DNA from: Minisyncoccota bacterium
GTDB lineage: Bacteria > Patescibacteriota > Minisyncoccia > Phycocordibacterales > XYD1-FULL-46-19
Length of the DNA stretch: 64,000 nt
Assembly (NCBI GenBank): GCA_041665625.1
Contig: JBAYIK010000001.1
Location: 2,091-66,090 of the forward strand
Direction of reading: 5' to 3'
In this document: piece by piece, positions 58,580 to 64,000 of the stretch
Layout of the letters: each line of letters starts with the position of its first letter
How positions within the stretch are numbered: the stretch's first letter is position 1
Made by a program: the position numbers and the translations under genes
Notes under the pieces: generated by a model
The model's database searches: none
What the model saw: the letters and a program-made list of their open reading frames with translations, nothing else
What the model was told of the DNA's origin: nothing

Positions 58580-59587
58580 ATGGCAAAAATACAATTTTTT
58601 GAATTAGAAGATTGGGAGAAGGAGCACATCAAAAAAGAATCTCTGTCTGGTGAAGTCGAGATTGTTGATGGTGTTTTAGACGAAGCCAAGATTCCTTTTG
58701 ACACCAGTGCCGAGGTCATCTCAATTTTTGTTAACTCGGTGATCAATGAAGGGGTCCTCTCTCGTTTACCTAAACTCAAGTTGATTACTACGCGTTCAAC
58801 CGGCTTCGATCATATCGATATCGCTGCTTGTAAGTCTCACGGCGTGGCGGTGGCGACAGTTCCTTCTTATGGTGAAGATACTGTGGCCGAATACACTTTT
58901 GCTTTAATGCTTAATCTGTCGCGCAAGGTGGGTGAGAGCAGTGAACGTATTAAAGAGACTGGGAGCTTCAGTTTAGATGGGCTACGAGGTTTTGATCTCA
59001 AGGGTAAGACCTTGGGTGTCGTTGGTACCGGTAAAATTGGCAAGAACGTGATTGAAATTGCGACTGGTTTCAACATGAATATTATCGCTTACGATAAATT
59101 CCCTGATGGGGCTTACGCGACGAAGATGAATTATAAATATTTGCCATTTGAGGAGGTCTTGGCACAAGCAGATATTGTTACTCTTCATGTTCCTTATATG
59201 CCAGAAAACCACCACTTAATTAATGCGGACGTTCTTTCTAAAATGAAGAAGGGTGCTTATCTCATCAACACGGCTCGTGGGGCGCTCGTTGAGACTGAAG
59301 CCTTACTAAAGAGCCTCAAGGAGGGTCACTTAGCTGGCGCCGGACTCGATGTCTTGGAAGAAGAAGGTGTGATCAAAGACGAACTTAATTTCTTGGTTGG
59401 AGGGCATCCCGGTGAGCACGACCTTAAAGTTATTTTGGCTGGTCATGCACTTATTGATATGCCTAACGTTATTATCACTCCCCACAACGCTTTCAATACT
59501 TGGGAGGCTCTTCAGCGCATCTTAAATACAACCCTTGATAACATTAAGGGATATATTGCTGGCCAGCCAATAAATTTGATCAAGTAA
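58580..59587 (+). CDS. D-isomer-specific 2-hydroxyacid dehydrogenase (D-lactate dehydrogenase-like)
   Basis: RSTGFDHID, VPSYG..VAEY, GTGKIG, INTARG, GLDVLEEE, TPHNAF. Confidence 0.9.
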   Translation: MAKIQFFELEDWEKEHIKKESLSGEVEIVDGVLDEAKIPFDTSAEVISIFVNSVINEGVLSRLPKLKLITTRSTGFDHIDIAACKSHGVAVATVPSYGEDTVAEYTFALMLNLSRKVGESSERIKETGSFSLDGLRGFDLKGKTLGVVGTGKIGKNVIEIATGFNMNIIAYDKFPDGAYATKMNYKYLPFEEVLAQADIVTLHVPYMPENHHLINADVLSKMKKGAYLINTARGALVETEALLKSLKEGHLAGAGLDVLEEEGVIKDELNFLVGGHPGEHDLKVILAGHALIDMPNVIITPHNAFNTWEALQRILNTTLDNIKGYIAGQPINLIK

Positions 59588-59660
59588 CCCCTTGGCATTA
59601 TTTCTCTAAAGGTATAAAGTTTATCTAGACAACAGCCTTTTGAAAGGCAGGAGGTGATTT

Positions 59661-59816
59661 ATGGATTCCCTCGCGTTTCTGCTGGCTCTTTTGTGGAATT
59701 GGGTGACCTCAGGCTTCCATCGAATCGTTGAGGCCTTGTCGCCTTCCGTCCCCCCTGAAACCTCTGATGAGAAGAGAAGGGGTGAAATCACGGATTCCTT
59801 TAGATGGGAACCGTAA
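59661..59816 (+). CDS. Candidate 51-aa membrane microprotein
   Basis: AGGAGGTG SD; MDSLAFLLALLWNWVTSGFHRIVEALSPS... Confidence 0.55.
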   Translation: MDSLAFLLALLWNWVTSGFHRIVEALSPSVPPETSDEKRRGEITDSFRWEP

Positions 59817-59891
59817 CTCGTCTTGAACCAGGTTGGGCAGAAAGTCTTGCCTCGGTCGAAGGCGGGTTTTCTGTTTCGGAATAAAAAAGCA

Positions 59892-59920
59892 TGCCCCGGA
59901 CCTGTGGAAGGTCCGGGGCA
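59892..59920 (-). terminator. Intrinsic terminator
   Basis: TGCCCCGGACCT-N5-AGGTCCGGGGCA with the T-tract on the minus strand. Confidence 0.85.
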
Positions 59921-59938
59921 GTGTTCGTCTCGTTGCTC

Positions 59939-60421
59939 TCAGATTGGGGGTCTGAGAATTTTGGTCTGCTGACCATTGGCCATCACTATCGCTTGACCTG
60001 GCTCAAGGTCTAGATCTTGGATATCCTCGACCGTGGAGAAAGCCGTCATTCGCCAGAAGTAAGTGGCAATACTCTTGGCGAATGGCTTGTGGGTGACAAG
60101 AATGAGTATCACCGCCCCTTCTTTTTCCTTGGCGTCGAGAATCTCCTTGACCCTCCCATAGTTGAAATGACGCGTGACATCTTGGTTGAGGACGTCGGAC
60201 GTCTCCAGTTTGGCGTGGAGAACTTCCTCCAAGATCTGGGCCGTCTCCACAGCCCGATTGGCCGTGGAGCTGACAATGGTCACGGGGTATTCTCCCACGA
60301 CTTCCTTGAGCTCCTCGGCCAGAGCCCAAGCCTGCTCTCGGCCGTATTCACTCAAGCGATCGGTCTTCAACTCTGGATCTCCGTCATAGGCACAATGCCT
60401 TGCGGCGACAATGTCTTTCAT
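59939..60421 (-). CDS. Histidine phosphatase superfamily protein (SixA-like)
   Basis: ARH, LSEYGREQA, SSTANRAVETA, LVTH. Confidence 0.85.
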   Translation of the reverse strand: MKDIVAARHCAYDGDPELKTDRLSEYGREQAWALAEELKEVVGEYPVTIVSSTANRAVETAQILEEVLHAKLETSDVLNQDVTRHFNYGRVKEILDAKEKEGAVILILVTHKPFAKSIATYFWRMTAFSTVEDIQDLDLEPGQAIVMANGQQTKILRPPI

Positions 60422-60518
60422 AATATCGTCTCCTTTTTGCCAAAGGGCAAAGGTTTCTTTCTGGCTTCATTTATACACGAATATTGTCTTGTGTCTAGCT
60501 TATTGCTAAGATACCCTT

Positions 60519-61682
60519 GTGAAAGAATTTGGCTTTAAAATTGAGAAGAAGATTCCTGGGCGCTTAGGGCGGGCTGGGGTTATTACGACGCCACACGGGG
60601 AGATTAAAACCCCAGCTTTTGTGACGGTGGGAACTAAGGCGACGGTTAAGGCTTTGACTCCTGAGATGGTGAATTCGCTTGGCGCCCAAGTCGTGCTCGC
60701 TAATACTTATCATTTATATCTTCAACCCGGTGATGATCTGGTCGCCAAGGCTGGTGGCCTCCACAAATTTATGAATTGGCAGGGACCAATGATGACCGAC
60801 TCCGGCGGCTTCCAAGTTTTCTCGCTTGGTGCGGCTTTTGGTGAAGGGGGAGTATCTAAATTTGCTAAAGAAGGTGTACAGAAGATTGAAGAACTAGCTA
60901 AAGAAGATGACGTTACTGTGAAGTTAGCCAAGATAGATGAAGATGGTGTCACTTTCAAATCGCACATTGATGGTTCCCTTCATCGCTTCACTCCGGAGCG
61001 TTCGATGCAGATTCAACATAACTTAGGCGCGGATATTATCTTCGCTTTTGATGAATGCACTTCGCCGTCGGCTGATTATGATTATCAGAAGCAGGCAATG
61101 GAACGAACTCATCGTTGGGCAAAAAGAAGTCTCGATGAACACAAAAAAATAAAAGCAGGCGAGCAAGCTTTATTTGGTATTGTTCAAGGCGGCCGGCATC
61201 AAGATTTGCGTGAAGAGTCAGCCAGGGTTATTGGTGGCATGGACTTCGATGGCTTTGGCATTGGTGGCTCATTTGATAAAGAAGATATGGGGACCGCTGT
61301 TGGTTGGGTCTCGGCAATACTTCCCGAAAACAAACCTCGTCACTTGCTTGGCATTGGTGAACCGGAAGATATTTTGGAGGGGATTAAGAATGGGGCCGAC
61401 ACTTTTGATTGTGTTACTCCCACTCGTATGGCTAGAAACGGTACTTTGATGGTGAAGGGAGGTAGACTTAATATCTTGAATGCCCAATATCGCGAAGATT
61501 TCACTCCGATTGAAGAGGGTTGCGGTTGTTATACTTGCCAACATTATACTCGTGCTTATCTTGCCCACCTCTTCCGCGCTAAAGAAATGTTGGCCGGAAC
61601 TTTAGCCTCGGTTCACAATCTCTACTTCTTAATCCATTTGACAGAACAGATCAGACAAGATATTTTAGAGGGCAGAATGTAG
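60519..61682 (+). CDS. tgt: tRNA-guanine transglycosylase
   Basis: ANTYHLYLQPG, TDSGGFQVFSL, GIVQGG, DTFDCV.PTR.ARNG, C.CYTC...HN. Confidence 0.96.
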   Translation: MKEFGFKIEKKIPGRLGRAGVITTPHGEIKTPAFVTVGTKATVKALTPEMVNSLGAQVVLANTYHLYLQPGDDLVAKAGGLHKFMNWQGPMMTDSGGFQVFSLGAAFGEGGVSKFAKEGVQKIEELAKEDDVTVKLAKIDEDGVTFKSHIDGSLHRFTPERSMQIQHNLGADIIFAFDECTSPSADYDYQKQAMERTHRWAKRSLDEHKKIKAGEQALFGIVQGGRHQDLREESARVIGGMDFDGFGIGGSFDKEDMGTAVGWVSAILPENKPRHLLGIGEPEDILEGIKNGADTFDCVTPTRMARNGTLMVKGGRLNILNAQYREDFTPIEEGCGCYTCQHYTRAYLAHLFRAKEMLAGTLASVHNLYFLIHLTEQIRQDILEGRM

Positions 61683-61729
61683 CTTGTGATTAAACTCCTC
61701 GCTTTTGCGAGAAACCGGAGGACAAGGCT

Positions 61730-62002
61730 GTGAACGTAAAAGGATATCTGTTTGAGAAGTGGCCAACGTTGGTCATGGTCGTGGTTATCATCGCTGTCGG
61801 TGTTTTGTTTTACACCACACGGGAGACCAACCCGGCTTTCTTTATCCACGAGACAACCTTCAACCGCGAATTGGCGGCCGGTCAACTCCACCGAGACGGT
61901 TCGTATACTTTCTTCCATGCGAATCGTTCTCGTGACGGTCGGCTGATCGTTACGAGCGAGATTGCCAGCTTCCCGGCCGCCGAGGCGGCCAAGCTTCACT
62001 AA
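61730..62002 (+). CDS. Small membrane-anchored hypothetical protein
   Basis: GGAGG SD, GTG start, N-terminal TM. Confidence 0.6.
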   Translation: MNVKGYLFEKWPTLVMVVVIIAVGVLFYTTRETNPAFFIHETTFNRELAAGQLHRDGSYTFFHANRSRDGRLIVTSEIASFPAAEAAKLH

Positions 62003-62019
62003 GGCCTTCGTGCCTTCTT

Positions 62020-62061
62020 CGCCCCGTCGCTCGCTGTAAGGTGAGCCACGGGGCGGTTTTT
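62020..62061 (+). terminator. Intrinsic terminator
   Basis: CGCCCCGT..GCTCGC/GTGAGC..ACGGGGCG plus T-tract. Confidence 0.75.
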
Positions 62062-62063
62062 GT

Positions 62064-62108
62064 TTGACAGAACAAATTAGGAATGACATATTAGAGGGCA
62101 GAATGTAA
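62064..62108 (+). repeat. Diverged copy of the last 45 bp of tgt (61638-61682)
   Basis: LTEQIRNDILEGRM* versus LTEQIRQDILEGRM*; 37/45 nt identical. Confidence 0.9.
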
Positions 62109-62141
62109 CCGACACTCCTAACGGAGGAAAGGAATATCCTT

Positions 62142-62507
62142 ATGGGAGACATGTTCGTTCCCTTCGGGAAGCGCAAGAAGAAAGCTGGAACCTCGAAGCG
62201 GGGGAAGGCTGTCGCGTCCAAGAAGAAACCCGTTGCCAAGAAGAAAGTGGCAGCACCCAAGAAACCCAAGAAGAAGGCCGTCCCCAAGCGGATGAAGGCC
62301 CCGGCACCGAGGAAGCTCGATCCGGTCTCGCTGGTCCCCACCTTCTGCGGAGAAGAGGTCAACCTGTCTGATCCCACAAGGATCTTCGACCTCCATGAGA
62401 TCCTCTTCAAGCAGGGGATCCTCTCGGCCGAAGAGTACAAGATCCTTGTCGCCGCGTTGCGGGACAAAATCAACTTGGTTCTCAAGAACGAAAGGCTGGG
62501 GGTTTGA
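62142..62507 (+). CDS. Lys/Ala/Pro-rich basic protein
   Basis: KKKPVAKKKVAAPKKPKKKAVPK histone-H1-like N-terminus; strong SD; own terminator. Confidence 0.7.
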   Translation: MGDMFVPFGKRKKKAGTSKRGKAVASKKKPVAKKKVAAPKKPKKKAVPKRMKAPAPRKLDPVSLVPTFCGEEVNLSDPTRIFDLHEILFKQGILSAEEYKILVAALRDKINLVLKNERLGV

Positions 62508-62532
62508 AATTCCCCGGCCACCAATGACACTC

Positions 62533-62570
62533 GCGGCGTTCTCCAGAAGGAGAGCGCCGCAGTTTTGTTT
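62533..62570 (+). terminator. Intrinsic terminator
   Basis: GCGGCG.TCTCC-AGAA-GGAGA.CGCCGC plus T-tract. Confidence 0.75.
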
Positions 62571-62602
62571 TAAGTGAAATTTGTGATAACATATATAAAC
62601 TT

Positions 62603-64000
62603 ATGTCAAGCAAGATTTTTAAATTACAATCTAAATTTGAGCCGGCGGGGGACCAACCTAAAGCAATTAAGGAACTGGTGGCGGGGCTCGCGAAAGGGCT
62701 GAAGCATCAGACCCTCTTGGGTGTGACGGGCTCAGGCAAGACCTTTACCATGGCCAATATCATTGAGGCTTATAATAAGCCGACCTTGGTGATTGCTCAC
62801 AACAAGACCTTGGCCGCACAATTGGCCCAAGAATATCGTGATTTCTTTCCTGACCATGCCGTCCATTATTTTGTCTCTTACTATGATTATTACCAACCAG
62901 AGGCTTATATTGCGCACTCTGACACTTACATTGAGAAGGACGCCAGCATCAATGAAGAGATTGAGCGTCTCCGTCATGCCTCCACTGAGGCCTTACTTAC
63001 TCGCAAGGATGTAATTATTGTCGCCTCTGTCTCTTGTATTTATGGACTTGGCTCGCCAGAGGAATATGCCAAGAGCTTTTTGCGTTTGCTCGTTGGTGAT
63101 AAGTACACCCGTCAAGAGATTATCGAGAAATTAATTAGTGTTTATTTTGAGCGCACCAATGCCGACCTTACGCCTGGTACTTTCCGGGCTATTGGTAATT
63201 CGGTGGAGATAATGTTGCCTGGCAGTCGCGAGATTGTGAATTTAAAAATGAACGGAGATATTATTGAAGAAATTCTCATTGTTGACTCCATTTCTCGTCG
63301 CATTATTAGTACACCAAACGAAACTTATCTTTATCCAGCCAAACATTTTATTACTACCGAGGATGACAGAAATAGGGCTATCAAATCTATTAAAGCCGAG
63401 CTCGATGAGAGGCTTAAAGAATTAGAGAAAGAAGGCAAACCTCTTGAGGTCGAACGTCTTAAACGTCGCACCAATTATGATCTCGCCATGATTAAAGAGG
63501 TTGGTTATTGCAATGGGATTGAGAATTATTCGCGCCATCTCACTGGCCGAGCCAAGGGGGAGGCCCCGGCAACTCTCTTAGATTATTTTCCTCACAATGA
63601 AGATGGTTCAGCTGACTTTTTAACTATTATTGATGAGTCACACGTGGCGGTGCCCCAGATTCGTGGGATGTTTGCTGGCGATGAGAGTCGCAAGAAGAAT
63701 CTTGTTGAATACGGTTTCCGCTTACCCTCAGCCCTCGACAATCGCCCCCTACGCTTCCCGGAGTTCGAAGAACGAGTCAATCAAGTCGTTTATACTAGTG
63801 CTACACCAGCGGACTATGAATTAGAAAAAAGTGGCAAGGAAGGAATAATTGAACAAATTATCCGTCCGACCGGTCTTATTGACCCAGAAATTGAGATTCG
63901 CCCCATCATTTCGGGTAAAACTTATGAAGGACAGGTGAAGGATTTTATTAAAGAATCTCAGAAAGAAATAAGGAATGGTCACCGTGTCATTGCCACTACT
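62603..64000 (+). CDS. uvrB: Excinuclease ABC subunit B, 3'-truncated by the window edge
   Basis: PAGDQPKAI, LLGVTGSGKTFT, AHNKTLAAQL, FVSYYDYYQPEAY, IIDESH, GFRLPSALDNRPL, EQIIRPTG. Confidence 0.97.
   Translation, partial: MSSKIFKLQSKFEPAGDQPKAIKELVAGLAKGLKHQTLLGVTGSGKTFTMANIIEAYNKPTLVIAHNKTLAAQLAQEYRDFFPDHAVHYFVSYYDYYQPEAYIAHSDTYIEKDASINEEIERLRHASTEALLTRKDVIIVASVSCIYGLGSPEEYAKSFLRLLVGDKYTRQEIIEKLISVYFERTNADLTPGTFRAIGNSVEIMLPGSREIVNLKMNGDIIEEILIVDSISRRIISTPNETYLYPAKHFITTEDDRNRAIKSIKAELDERLKELEKEGKPLEVERLKRRTNYDLAMIKEVGYCNGIENYSRHLTGRAKGEAPATLLDYFPHNEDGSADFLTIIDESHVAVPQIRGMFAGDESRKKNLVEYGFRLPSALDNRPLRFPEFEERVNQVVYTSATPADYELEKSGKEGIIEQIIRPTGLIDPEIEIRPIISGKTYEGQVKDFIKESQKEIRNGHRVIATT

Noticed and set aside
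61638-62108. tgt tail repeat as a DGR template/variable repeat pair
   Set aside because: Differences are mostly silent third-position changes, are not confined to adenines, and no reverse transcriptase is in the window
61622-62530. 302-aa minus-strand ORF
   Set aside because: Antisense shadow of two plus-strand genes that have SD sites and terminators; it crosses the terminator and the repeat
1-64000. CRISPR array, rRNA, integrase or transposase
   Set aside because: No regularly spaced repeats, rRNA signatures or recombinase/transposase motifs were seen
1-64000. Alternative genetic code (UGA as Gly or Trp)
   Set aside because: Conserved genes are intact in code 11, several end in TGA at expected positions, and tRNA-Trp has a CCA anticodon

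Overview
AT-rich bacterial chromosome segment in genetic code 11, inferred from gene style to be Patescibacteria/CPR (Parcubacteria-like). About 1-8.4 kb is an accessory island with a peptidoglycan-binding surface protein, an ArdC-N-like ssDNA-binding gene and a Rad52/Sak-like annealase followed by an unannotated, pseudoknot-capable ~150-nt RNA structure, plus Ltp, DUF2726 and HEPN-like candidates behind a repeated promoter. The rest is core backbone (rpmG, miaA, parB, rel, topA, dprA, serS, ftsQ-like, Clp ATPase, DD-carboxypeptidase, CapA, dus, dnaX, ECF sigma, typA, cyclophilin, prmC, ppsA, D-lactate dehydrogenase, tgt, partial uvrB; tRNA-Trp, -Leu, -Gln). It also holds a cohesin/dockerin surface locus with a 2299-aa repeat protein and is interrupted by GC-richer cassettes with Shine-Dalgarno sites and their own terminators (e.g. 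lysA-dapL). Main observations: the candidate ncRNA, palindromic elements inserted in frame in miaA, dus, prmC and topA, a diverged copy of the tgt 3' end that matches a promoter, an ECF promoter inside a coding sequence, an unannotated metallothionein-like ORF, and apparent widespread leaderless initiation of core genes. All calls were made by eye; no searches were run.
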